A DNA stretch of 64,000 bases from Octopus sinensis (lineage: Eukaryota): the NCBI RefSeq assembly GCF_006345805.1, contig NC_042999.1, positions 157,418,001 to 157,482,000 on the forward strand, given 5' to 3'. This document shows positions 39,180 to 64,000 of the stretch, one piece after another. Within the stretch, counting starts at the first letter, position 1, and every line of letters begins with the position of its first letter. The notes below the pieces were generated by a model. That model made no database searches. It had not been told where the DNA came from and saw only the letters and a program-made list of their open reading frames with translations. The position numbers and the translations under genes were made by a program.

Positions 39180-40415
39180 ACATTCCAGGGAGAAAAACTA
39201 GAAGTTGATAGCTTCCGTTACCTAGGTGACCAAGTCTAGAATAAGCTGCTAGAATAAGAATAGCCTGGGCAAAGTTTAGAGAGCTCTTACCTTTGCTAGT
39301 GACAAAGGGCCTCTCGCTCAGAGTAAAAGGTAGACTATGATGCATGTGTACGAACAGCCATGCTACATGGCAGTGAAACATGGGCTGTGACTGCTGAGGA
39401 TATGCATAAGCTCGCAAGGAATGAAGCCAGCATGCTCCGATGGATGTGTAATGTCAGTGTGCATTCTCAACAGAGTGTAAGTACCCTGAGAGAAAAGTTG
39501 GACCTAAGATGCATCAGATGTGGTGTGCAAGAGAGACGACTGTGCTGGTATGGTCATGTAGCGAGAATGGAAGAGGATAGCTGTGTGAAAAAGTGCCACA
39601 CCCTAGCGGTTGAGGGAACCTGTGGAAGAGGTAGACCCAGGAAGACCTGGGATGAAGTGGTGAAGCATGACCTTCGAAATTTAGGCCTCACCAAGGAAAT
39701 GACTAGTGACCAAGACCTTTGGAAATATACTGTGCTTGAGAAGACCCGGCAAGCCAAATGAGACCATAACTTCGTGACCTGTGCCAGGGGCATAACCAGC
39801 CCACTTGTACATACCTTTTTTTTCTTTGGATACTAAACTCTGCTTGCGAAGACCTCTTGAGGTAAGTGAAATCAAAATTAAAATCAAAGTGAAATTCGAT
39901 GACAGGCACGAGCACCATATGAGCGTGATCGTTGACAGAGCGGCTAACCAGCTTCCGTGCCAGTGGCACATAAAAGGCACCATTCGAGTGTGATTGTTGC
40001 CAGCTTTGCCTTACTGGCACTTGTGCCCCGTGCTAGTAGAGTGCTAAGAGCACCATCCGAGCCCGATCGTTGCCAGAGCGGCTAACTGGCTTCTGTGCCA
40101 GTGGCATGTAGGAGGCACCATTCAAGCGGGATCGTTACCAGCATCGCCTTACAGGCACCTGTGCCGTTGGCATGTGGAAAAAAATTTGAGCGAGGTCATT
40201 GCCAGTACTGCCTGACTGGCCCCTGTGCCAGTGGCACGTAAAAGCACCCACTACACTCTCGGAGAGGTTGGCATTAGGAAGGGCATCCAGCTGTAGAAAC
40301 TCTGCCAGATCATGACTGGAGCCTGGTGCAGCCATCTGGTTCGCCAGCCCACAGTCGGACCGTCCAACCCATGCTAGCATGGAAAGCGGACATTAAACGA
40401 CGATGAAGATGATGA
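39180..40415 (+). mobile_element. RTE LINE 3' fragment with full 3'UTR
   Basis: ORF 39360-39761 MLHGSETWAVT..RGRPRKTWDEVVKHDL; ends acgacgatgaagatgatg. Confidence 0.92.
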
Positions 40416-40659
40416 TTACAGATTGAGTTATTTTCTAATACTTAAACCTATACTCTGATGGAACAAACCCTTCAGAGGAGTTTTATTAATTAAAATAGAT
40501 AGTTTCTATTGTGCATATTCATACGTCCAACTGTAAGGTCTGTAATATAATTTCAAAACAAGCTTATCTGTTGAAAATTCCTCTGCTTGAAGAAATAGCT
40601 CATAGTTTGAATATTGGGGACCATTATCTGAAATAATTTTCAAGAATGCCATGTTGCTC

Positions 40660-40811
40660 TTAGTTTCCATCTACCAAATCCACTCACAAGGCTTTGGACG
40701 GCCTGAGGCTATAGTAGAAGACATTTGCCCAAGGTGCCACGCAGTGGGACTGAACCCGGAACCATGTGGTTTGTAAGCAAGCTGCTTACCACACAGCCAC
40801 TCCTACGCCTG
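40660..40811 (-). mobile_element. SINE family A 5' half
   Basis: Head and CORE-like segment only. Confidence 0.8.
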
Positions 40812-42361
40812 TGTATAAAATATAAATGTATGATAATAAAAAAATCTGAAAATGTAGTAAAAGAGATGTGAAGATTAACATCATTATTACATTTTTTCTT
40901 CCCTTTTCTTTTTTTAAGAAAAGCATGCTGGCAATAAATTTTCTGAAATCTATAAAGAAATAAAATATTAAAAAGAATGCTTTATTATTACACCATCTTG
41001 TACGAAGAAAAATATTGGAAAGTTAAAAAAAAAAGATTAATATTGGCAACAAAGGATTATTATGTATAAAAAAAATTGTTGCATTTCTTCATGAACAAAT
41101 GCAGCAAATTTTTAACAACACTCATTAATCTAATGCAAGGCACTGTATGAGATATAAGTCAACATATAACTAATACCTTTCTTGCTTGTCCCTTATCACT
41201 ATATATGTTGTGTTTGGTGTTTCTATTTGTATCAGTGTTCTTTCTTAAGAAATAAATCAAACTATAAGCATGTATGCATGTTACAGTTTGTAGCTAATGG
41301 AGGCAATTATTTCAAGCAATTTTTTTTTTAAATGAACAGTCATATATTAAAAGGGAAAAAATCATAATTATTGCAGTTTTTCTTCCCTTCGTAAGTTTAA
41401 CATTTTCTCACAGTGTTGGACAAAATATGTACTGATTAAATAGTCCAGATGCTTGAGAATAATGAAGATCATGAAATTTGGAAAGATAAGAAATAACATC
41501 TTTTTGACAACACACATACTCTGCTTTATGGATATACTATTCTTATACACATAAAGACACACACATGCACACACAACACACATTGCACACATAACAGACA
41601 TTGCAGAAGTATTATGTATAGCTTTCGAATGCATTTCAAGGAAATGAAACAAATTAAGTTTTTCTCTTCAAAGAATTTTAAGAAAATAGGCAAAAACTCT
41701 CTTTAGTATTTTCTATGAAACGAGAGGAAAAATCTAATTGATGAAAATTTTTCTTTTAGGGCAGTTCATGAATTTTTATTATAAATATTTAGTAATGCTA
41801 TACCAAAACTATTATATATTGATGAGCATGGACTTTGAGATCATGTTTGTACAAAACAGCAAATAAAGAAAAAGAATAAAAGTAAATACCATGTTTACCC
41901 TATGGAACTGATTTCGAAATTGGTTTCCAAACTGTTACAAATTTACATGTAAACTAAAACTATTTCAACTTTATAGATTTAGTAGGTTATATTTGGACTA
42001 TAATACAGAATTAATAGCATAATGCATGTGTGGTACTCAACTTTTTTGTCTTTTTACCTTGTTTGTTCACATACACCCGTTAACATTTCATAGGCAGATT
42101 GTTTTTAAAAGGATGAAAGAGAGTGAGAGAGAGTGTGACTACAACATTCTTAAATATCAGCCCTTTATATTTAAATTTCATCACTAATTTTTAATTTATA
42201 TCAACAATCTGCACCAACATAGTTCTTCTTGACCCATACTAACGCAGCTTTTGCACAACTCACACTGACATAGTTCTTACACAACTTACATTAGCACAAC
42301 TCTTGCACAATCCATGCTAATGCTGACTTTTAAAAAAGTCAACAAAATAAAATTTAGATTG

Positions 42362-42400
<39 letters not shown>

Positions 42401-42477
42401 CTTATGCGGGAATATTATTCCAAACTTACAGGGAAAAATTCAATTTAGAAATACTAAATCAAATTTCACAAAATATA

Positions 42478-42757
42478 ATATATATATATATAAATTAGAA
42501 AAAAAACCCACCTTTTATCAATTCAATAATGAAAAATTAAATTATACCATTTAGAAAAATTATATATCATAGAAAGATTAAATATATACGCTTTATTTAT
42601 TATTTTGCACATTACTTAATCATCGTTATATGTTTTATCTTATATTTAATCTTTCTATAATATGTAATTTTTCTAAATGGTATAATTTAAATTTTCATTA
42701 TTGAATTAATAAAAGGTGTTTTTTTTCTAATTTATATATGTAAATATATATATATAT
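42478..42757. repeat. AT-rich long inverted repeat (~105-bp arms) bounded by (TA)n
   Basis: aaattagaaaaaaaa..ccttttat..aattcaataatgaaaa..ataccatttagaaaaatta is reverse-complemented at ~42640-42740. Confidence 0.8.
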
Positions 42758-43071
42758 AAAACTTGGTATAGAACTAGCTAAATTTTCCTTTGAGTATGTA
42801 TTAGCTAATTCACTAGTAGCAAGTATACCATATGTTTATGAACAGACTTCAGATAAAAATTCAGATCCCAAGCAGGAAGTTTTAAATGTGGATCTGATGT
42901 CATTAAAACATTAAAAGGTTGCTATAAGTCCACAAACAAAAAACTGAGAACTTAGAAAACTGGTGATTATTTGTGACAGCTAAAAAAAAAAAAAAACCTG
43001 GTACAGTTCTTAAAAACCAGCTCTACCAACAAATTTTATAAATAGATCCATAAATGACTTGAAACCTAATA

Positions 43072-43340
43072 AATATTCTGTTGTGTCTGGAGAGAATCAT
43101 TCTCTTTTAGTGCCTTATTATTTAACACACTCACCGGTAAAATTTCCACTTATTTCTTATTTTAATTTTTTTTTTAAATAAAGAAAAAAAAAAGAAAATG
43201 AAAATAAAAATAAGAAATAAGTGGAAATTTTACCAGTGAGTGTGTTAAATAATAAGGTACTAAAAGAGAATGACTCTCCCCAGACACAACAGAATATGCT
43301 TCAACACACGAACTCATATAAAGAATCTTGCAAATGAAAT
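43072..43340. mobile_element. Fold-back MITE (~95-bp inverted arms)
   Basis: atattctgttgtgtctgg..tttccacttatttcttatttt pairs with aaaataagaaataagtggaaa..cagacacaacagaatat; second copy at 12700. Confidence 0.8.
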
Positions 43341-43650
43341 CTAATAAATATTGAAAATAAAATAAGTAACATTGTCATTTTTACTATTTGGTAACAAATT
43401 ATCAAACTAGAATTATTGTGAGTTTTTCCATCAGTGACTGTCTGAATAGCTTCCACACATCTCTCCGACACTGGGTATTGTATGTCACTCATCATTGGTG
43501 GGTTGATCTTTGTTTGCATGGTGTGTGTTGGAAAGGGGTGGGGATTATACATTCCTCAACTTTTGGCCTTCAGATCATGCCATTTACAGCATGCACTGAC
43601 AGGTTCAATTATATTTCCCATGCTTCCTTCACTATGGGAATTACCTAAAT

Positions 43651-44074
43651 GATGGCTAGTATACCTCACATTGTCGTGCAGTTACTGTTTACATCTCGTT
43701 CAGAGATTTATTATTGCTTGCATACAGTTTTTCGAGATCAGTGACGAAAAGTTACTGGAAAAACAATATATAAGGATTTGCATCGGGACTCCCTTCATCG
43801 AAAACCGGTGATTGTCGTACGCCGACGACAGATCAATACCTAGAAACTGCAGTCCGTGCGTATCACTTAGGTTGACGAGGGAGGGATGACCTCCCTTTGC
43901 AAATACCATAAGTTAACAGAAAGTGTGCCTAAAGCCAGCTGGAGACGATGTTCTCCTGGGGCTACAAGCTACAGTAACACCCACCCTTAGTGGTTAGCCA
44001 TATTGAGATGGCTAGTATACCTCACATTGTCGTGCAGTTACTGTTTACATCTTGTTCAGAGATTTATTATTGCT
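43651..44074. repeat. 424-bp element bounded by 68-bp direct repeats
   Basis: 43651-43718 and 44007-44074 differ at one base; interior is CpG-rich with several hairpins. Confidence 0.8.
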
Positions 44075-44305
44075 GTCTATCCTTCATTCTTCTTTAATTA
44101 CCCTATCTATTGCTCCACCATTGAAAAATAACCAAAGCTTCAGAGACCACCTGCATTTACCTATTCAGGTTTATATCAAAATATCAAAATAAATCTTATT
44201 ATTGCATTACTAATGTAATTTCATGATTTTGAGTTTTCCAAAAATATTTCCCCAATTTTTTCTTTCTGTAAAATTCTGCCATTTGATAAAATTATATAAG
44301 CATAT

Positions 44306-44567
44306 AGGTGCAGGAGTGGTTGTGTGGTAAGAAACTTGCTTCCCAACCACATCGTTCTGGGTTCAGTCCCACTGCATGGCACCTTGGGCAAGTGTCTTCT
44401 ACTATAGCCTAGCTTCAGGCTTGACCAAAGCCTTGTGAGTCGGCTTGGTAGACAGAAACTGAAAGTTGCCCGTCTTCTGCTATAGCCCCGGGCCGACCAA
44501 AGCCTTGTGAGTGGATTTGGTAGACGGAAACTGAAAGAAGCCCGTCGTATATATGTATGTATGTATG

Positions 44568-44619
<52 letters not shown>

Positions 44620-45030
44620 CGTGTATGTTTGTGTGTCTGTGTTTGTCCCCCTAGCATTGCTTGACAACCGATGCTGGTGTGTTTATGTCCCTGTTACTTA
44701 GTGGTTCGGCAAAAGAGACCGATAGAATAAGTACTGGGCTTACAAAAGAATAAGTCCCGGGGTCGAGTTGCTCGATTAAAGGCGGTGCTCCAGCATGGCC
44801 GCAGTCAAATGACTGAAAAGAGTAAAAGAGTATATATATATATACACACACATAGATATGTGTGTGTGTCTTTCTGTCTGTGTTTGTCCCCACCATCACT
44901 GCCTGACAACCAGTGTTGGTGTGTTTACGTCAGATAACTTAGCAGAAGTACTGAGGTCGACTAAAAATTTCAGTTGGTGCCCCAGCATGGCCGCAGTCTA
45001 ATGACTGAAACAAGTAAAAGTTAAAAGATT
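44306..45030 (+). mobile_element. Cluster of nested and partial SINE family A copies
   Basis: Head at ~44306, duplicated core, tails at ~44825 and ~45025. Confidence 0.85.
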
Positions 45031-46856
45031 AGATTATTCACAGCAACTTTAAATATGAATAATTTTTGAATGCAGCAAATAAATAAATTAATCAATGAAG
45101 CCTAACATGGAGTGAACTCTGAAGTATATAAGCAATGTCAGAAAGCAATAATTTCCAGAAAGAGAATGACTTTCTTAAATTTCTACAAGAAACAGGACTC
45201 AATCGGTCATCCTCATAACTCAAACCCCTTTGACTAGTTACTTTTATTCATATGACTGTTCTATACAGTAATGGCAGAGGCTAATCCCTATACAAAACGT
45301 GAAGAAAGGAGAAAGAACATATTGGGTGAAATAAGGGCATTTCTGCTACATAATAAACTGTATCATATTATATGCTATACAACATAACTATTTCATATCA
45401 TGATGTTTGAACAAAATTTAGATTTTACTTGTATTTAATTAGATTGCATTCAAAACACCACGTTTAATATATAAGTAAATATAAAAGTTATAGTTGTTCT
45501 ATGAAACCTGTCTAAACACATGATTATTTTAGAATTTAACTGAAACGTAAATGAATATATATAAGAAATTATTGTAATAAAAGAGTTAACTCTTCCCACA
45601 TACAACTTATATGCTCACACTATCGTTAATGACTTCATAAACAAGGATTTTGAGAAAATATTTCATTGGTGTTTTTTTTTTCTATATAAATTTCTCAATA
45701 CTGTTAGAAACTAGGGATTTTGTTAAAATCAGTTAGTCCAGTACAAAAAAAAAAAAAATCCTAAATGTACAACTATTTCAGGAATTTGAATGACATTTAC
45801 TGATATGATAAAATGTGAATTGATGAACATGGTGAACATAGCTTTTACTTGTTATTGATTTTTGTTTTCCCTACTGTCAGGTCCTTTCACTTGCCAAGGT
45901 AGGAAGAACAGAGGTGAAGTTGATTAAATATGCTTTCACACACACACAAAATACTGATTCCTGTCTACTGGTTTTCTAATTAAATCATTTATAAATATAT
46001 AATTACAAATGAATAAATCATTAAATAATACTACTGAATTCTAACTCACTGCTTGAGATACTAATTGCCATTAAGCCTTAAAATTGAAAGAAGAAAAAAT
46101 CTGAGAAATTTATTTAACAAAATACAAAGATAAACACGTGATCAAATAGGAAGGCTTTTAACAGAAAGTTACTTCTAAAATGAAGCTAAACTTTGTTTCT
46201 TGCAAAGTAAAGTGCTTAGTTCCAGCTTTTGGGGGTATTTTTTTAATTCTATAAACAACAATACTAGTTAAACTGTGGTTTTATGCAATTCAAAAACAGA
46301 TATCTGTGGTCTGAGACTAAGAGTTAACACAACAATCACTACACGTATCAAAGAAAGTCTTGTATCTCACACAACTAAATTCATTTCAAGTGTGAGATTT
46401 CAGAATTTCTTATCTCTCATACCAATTCCACATATTTAACGTTGCTGAAAGTGCATCACAAAGACTAGTACTCCACTTTCAGCACTGCTCAGTTGCGAAA
46501 TGTTTACAAAGAACAAGTAAGATGACCCATACTGTCATATTGCTTGCACATATGGGACAGTGTTACTATATGTACAAGGATCCTGAACCACATGATTGAC
46601 AAACATGTAAACATAATTTCAAGCACTGGTTTACAGACTAGCTTTTTCTTCATTCTGACTCTTCTACTGCCACTGTAGCAACCTTTTATCCCTCTAAACT
46701 ATTTAGTGGCAATGAAGACCTCCTATATTCAAGCTGACCCAACATTCATACAACTTCTTTTGTTATCTTTACTGTGTCTCCATGCCCAGGTACTTTGTCT
46801 CCAGAATTGTATCCCCCAGGAATCCTTTGCCTCTGTTTGTTTTTCTCAATAGAATA

Positions 46857-46937
46857 TCAACAAACTGAACAACAACTACTCTGATCTTGCAGGACAGATA
46901 CGGCCTGGAAGGTGATGGCACTGCCCTCCTCCTTTAA
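46857..46937 (-). CDS. Candidate alternative terminal coding exon of the Hippo/STK3-4 gene (LKEEGSAITFQAVSVLQDQSSCCSVC*)
   Basis: Acceptor gtcttttgtttgtttttataatgtAG with ~90 nt free of AG upstream; phase 0 like the SARAH exon; 26 codons ending in a CaaX-type tail. No transcript evidence. Confidence 0.5.
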   Translation of the reverse strand, partial: LKEEGSAITFQAVSVLQDQSSCCSVC

Positions 46938-47120
46938 CTACATTATAAAAACAAACAAAAGACATATTTAACACCAAACCATATTTAGAATTAAAAAAGA
47001 AAATAACAGCATTAACAACAATAAAAATCTCAACTAGTAAGTTAGGTGATCAGCTGTAATAAGATTCATCGCTGACAGATTCAAGGTAAAAAAAAAATCA
47101 AATACTAGTGGGGAAAATGG

Positions 47121-47979
47121 GGATCTTTTCCTTTTGAACAGCAGATCGAGAAATAATTTTTTGTAACTAAATACTATCAAACTTCGGACACTGGTAGAAT
47201 GTGTCATATAAAACATCTTTTACTTTTAGTGTTGTTGAGAAAAGTTTATATTTTCAAAGTTATTTCGTGTTAAAGTTGTCATATTTCGGTAATTTCAACC
47301 AATCAATGACGTGTATTCAGCTGAATAAAATTACTGCTGTTGTTTGGCAACAACACTCAGTGATGTATATTTCGTTTGTCACTGTTATTTATGACATCAT
47401 TCGTGCATTTGTACTAGTTTTAGCTTTAGGGTGTTAGGGTTTTAGAGTTAGGGTTAGGATTTTAGGGTTAGGGTTTTAGAGTTAGGGTGTTAGGATTACA
47501 GTTATGGAAAAGAATGAAAAATGAAGAAATTGGAGGAGGAGGGGTAGGAGAGCCAAAAAGTCTTTCCAAAAATAATAGCTGAAAAACAAGAAAAAAAAAA
47601 CAAACTAAAAGCAGTAGAAATGCATGAACGATTGTGGTGGTGCCATGAAGTAAACATGCTTCAGATACACTCGTTTATTCATACAAACGTAACTGAGATG
47701 AAATATGTCATAAATAACAGTGACAAACGAAATATATACCGCCGATAGTTGTTGTTGACAAACAACAACATTAATTTTATTCAGCTGAATACACGTCATT
47801 GATTGGTTGAAATTACCGAAATACGTCAACTTTAACACGAAATAACTTTGAAAATATAAATTTTTCTCAACAACACTAAGAGTAAAAGATGTTTTATATG
47901 ACACATTCTAACACTGTCTGGAAGTGTTTAGTTACAAAAAATTTAATTTTTCGATTTGCTGTTAAAAGGGTAAAGATCC
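47121..47979. mobile_element. Merlin-like fold-back MITE with ~275-bp TIRs and central TTAGGG-like repeats
   Basis: 8-bp TSD GAAAATGG; 47121-47400 is the inverted copy of 47700-47979; ttagggtgttagggttttagagttagggttagg in the centre. Confidence 0.9.
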
Positions 47980-49496
47980 GAAAATGGGTAACGGGGAAAT
48001 TGAAAAAATATTTATTTTAACAATTGCTTTTTCTATACTTCTGGACTGCAGCAGTCTCAATGTAATTCACCATAAAAGTATCACAACATTGTGTATCAGA
48101 GCAACAGATTTAACAGCTAGATAACAAACGGAGAAGATAATTGATTCACTATTTAGTCATAATCTTAAGATTAACAAACTATGGTGTACTTTGTTGTGGA
48201 AGAAATACAAGAAAACTGTTTCAAGTTGTTTGTATTATAGAAAAGTTATATTCTGGATTATTAAATATAATATATTGGAAATTGTTATAATAGAGAAATG
48301 CTGTAGCTTAAAGCTTCAGTTATATCAGTTTTCCCATGGAATTATATACTTTAATTCTACTGCTGGTAAATAGAGCAGCAAATTTCGGTGTCTTGCTAAT
48401 AGAACAGTAAAAAAAAAATAAAATTAAATTTAAAAAAACACTCATATACTGAAGCACCTCCTCTTCAGGAATTTTTTTTTTACAATTCAACAACTTCTAA
48501 TATATAACAGAAAATTCCTTCTGAGTAACAAAGTAATAGAAAGAAACTCACAAATAAAAACATATCTATTGACAAAGAGGAAAGAAGAGAGAAGAAAGGA
48601 AAAAGAAAGAAGAGGTAAACGAAATAGAAGGACAGAGAAAGAAAAAAAATTGAAGAAAAGAAAGAACAAATGAAAAAGAGAATTGATTTTATGAAATTTG
48701 TATACTCTTTGCTTTGATGTCTTTCTGAAGTTTTCTTATAGCATAAATAAAGATTAGATTTCTCCTCTCTTTAGAACATAGAAATATGCAACACATACAC
48801 AGTTCAATTAATCTCTCCTCCCCACAAAAAAAGTACCAACAAAAAAAACAACAGGACTATTAAATATTTTTAGAAATGTAATTTAGTTTTTTCTACTTTT
48901 AAAAAAAATTAAAAGTAAAAAAAAAAAAAAAAAAAAAATCAGAGCCCTCCAACTCATATGTTCTAGAAATACAAATGGCTGAGGTGTAAATTGCAGCCTG
49001 AAAATCATTCTGAAAGCCAGTTCACAGCAAACAATTATACACACACATGCAAACATGTAAACACACACATACATGCATGCACGCACGCACACAAATAATA
49101 ATAATAATAATAATATTAATAAAAATAATAATAATAATAATAAAGGTGCGGGAGTTACTAAATGAATTTGGTAATACCCACAGCTAAAAACTGGACCAAG
49201 CTTTTAACCATGTACTCAGAGTATATGGAGTGTATATATAAATGTATATACAAGGTAGCTCTTAGAAGGCTGCCCTCAATAACATAATCCATGCAGGACA
49301 TGTATGCATATGTAGAGATAATTGCTGACATATCATTCATGTATGTATGCTATGAGTGGTTCTATGCTTCTGTCATAATTTTTAACAGAGCATGTCAGAA
49401 AAATTTCAATTAAGTCTATATTGAGAGTTTTCCAATGACAAATAGAATACATGGCATTGGGTGGCATCTACTAAATGTGATATGCAATAATTAAAT

Positions 49497-62061
<12,565 letters not shown>

Positions 62062-62164
62062 CTAGTTTAGTTTAAACAGCTATGACTTTTTGTTACTTTT
62101 ATATTATCTACTGAAGTTAACAGAAATTAAGAGGGTGGGCAGAAATATTCATAGGCTGACTTAT

Positions 62165-62690
62165 TACCCAGGAAATCCTGGGACGAAGTGGTGAAGCATG
62201 ACCTTCGAACTTTAGGTCTCACCGTGGAAATGACTAGAGACCGAGACCTTTGGAAGTATGCTGTGCGTGAGAAGACCCGTCAGGACAAGTGAGACCATAA
62301 CCCGTGGCCTCTACCTGGGATGTAGCCAGTCCACTTAAGCATACCTTTCCTTCTTGGGACACAAAAATCTACTTGAGGCAAGTGAAAATCAAAATCAAAA
62401 TCAGAATTGAAATCGATCAACATCAATGGAACTGCAGCTGTGATACCAGCTGTGGCACGTAAAAAGCAACATCCAATCGTGGCCGTTTGCCAGCCTCGTC
62501 TGGCACCTGTGCTGGTGGCACGTAAAAGCACCCACTACACTCACGGAGTGGTTGGCTTTAGGAAGGACATCCAGCCGTAGAAACATTGCCAGATCAGACT
62601 GGGCCTGGTGCAGCCTTCTGGCTTCCCAGACCCCAGTTGAACCGTCCAACCCATGCTAGCATGGAAAGTGGATAAACGATGATAATGACT
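62165..62690 (+). mobile_element. RTE LINE 3' end
   Basis: PRKSWDEVVKHDLRTLGL..QDK* plus 3'UTR. Confidence 0.9.
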
Positions 62691-62709
62691 ATGAAAGAGT
62701 GATGCTAGA

Positions 62710-63780
62710 GTTCATTAGTACATCGTCCTTTCCCTAAATTACTATTATTAGTTACCCTATTGTTGACCTTATTTATTATACATTTAATATACCCCTATTT
62801 ATAGAGGCTATTGCCCAGTACGAAAATATTACATTATTTTTGTACTCAGCAATGCCCAATTTAGGAATAATAATAGCTTCTATAAATAGGGGTAAAATTA
62901 AACATATAATGAATAAGGTCAACAATAGGGTAACTAACAATGAAAATTTAGGGAAAGGACTAAGTACTAATGAAATTAAGGATATAGCTAAAAACAAACA
63001 GATTGGGTTTATTTACATTTGTGAAGAAAAAAGATACCCTTCCCCCACCCCTAACCCTAACTAACCCAATCTGTTTCTTAAAGGAGGGACATATTCATTA
63101 TGCACAGAATGTTATTTACCTAAATGGACGTCAGCGATTGGTTAAAATTGCCAAAATGCTCAAAATATCTTACAACCTATAGAATTTTCTCAATAAAGCC
63201 AAGCGAAAATGATGTTTTATAAACACATTCTACCAGTATACGAAGTTTAAAACTTTTTAGTTACCTAGAAATTATGTTACAAAGTGCCGTTCAAAAGGAA
63301 AAGATCCCTAGCTCAATGTAATAAATAATAATAAACAAACTTTAATGAATTTAAAACCAGGTACCACATCCCAATCTAATGATATTAATAATGCTGGCAA
63401 TATAAAAAAGAACAATAACAGTAGGTTGCCACTGAATAAAATTTGTAACTGCAGAGCCTTCAAAACCTGTCCGCTTGCAGGATCACATCTTTAATACAAT
63501 GTGTATAAATGTATAGTTAGCGCACCCAATAGACAAAACAAGATATATATAGGTAGTACAACAGATTTCAAAAGGAGATATAGGGCTCATCTGAATTCCT
63601 TTCCAAACCCTAAGTATAAGAATTCCACCACCTTAGTGGCATATATAAATAAACTTAGGGATAGTAACTTGCCTTATGACCTGACATGGTCCATAATTGT
63701 GAGGGCTCCCCCATATGCTGATGGTTCTGATAGGTGTACATTGTGTGTAAGGGGATCGTATCTAATCCTTAAATTATACA
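62710..63780 (+). mobile_element. Penelope-like GIY-YIG fragment with 5' inversion, interrupted by a partial Merlin-like MITE (~62995-63307)
   Basis: YSAMPNLGIIIASINR, CNCR..CPL, VYKCIV..IYIGST..FKRRYRAH..STTL..WSII..CTLC; 62710-62812 is the inverted copy of 62872-62974. Confidence 0.8.
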
Positions 63781-63784
63781 ACGT

Positions 63785-63986
63785 TGGCCGTCTGCCACCT
63801 GTGCGGGTGGCACGTAAAAAGCACCCACTAAACTCACGGAGTGGTTGGCGTTAGGAAGGGCATCCAGCCGTAGAAACACTGCCAGATCAGACTGGACCTG
63901 ATGCAGCCTTCTGGCTTCACAGACCCCAGTTGAACCGTCCAACCCATGCTAGCATGGAAAGCGGACGCTAAATGATGATGATGATA
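63785..63986 (+). mobile_element. RTE LINE 3' terminus
   Basis: gtggcacgtaaaaagcacccact..aaatgatgatgatgat. Confidence 0.88.
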
Positions 63987-64000
63987 TGTTAAATAAGTTT

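Noticed and set aside
39890-40255. Repeat-spacer pattern read as a CRISPR array
   Set aside because: It is the 3'UTR of an RTE LINE, and the spacers are diverged relatives of each other.

Overview
AT-rich, repeat-dense animal genomic DNA, most likely an octopod cephalopod (inferred from SINE/LINE content, not verified). The only host gene I can support is the 3' part of a Hippo/MST (STK3/4-family) kinase on the minus strand. Eight phase-consistent exons run from 62010 (activation loop, [19 protein letters not shown]) to 49497 (SARAH domain, stop); the N-terminal exons lie beyond the right edge. The rest is mobile DNA (RTE LINEs with a PHD finger, Penelope-like elements, Helitron, mariner and hAT remnants, piggyBac- and Merlin-type MITEs, solo LTRs, several tRNA-SINE families) plus a 5.6-kb array of a 32-bp satellite. 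Best leads: (1) a candidate alternative last exon at 46937-46857 that would replace the SARAH domain with a CaaX-type tail (..SSCCSVC*); (2) the satellite unit packs p53 half-site, FOX, RUNX and GATA motifs; (3) a tRNA-headed SINE carrying a degenerate hammerhead ribozyme core. Repeat boundaries are approximate unless a TSD is quoted.
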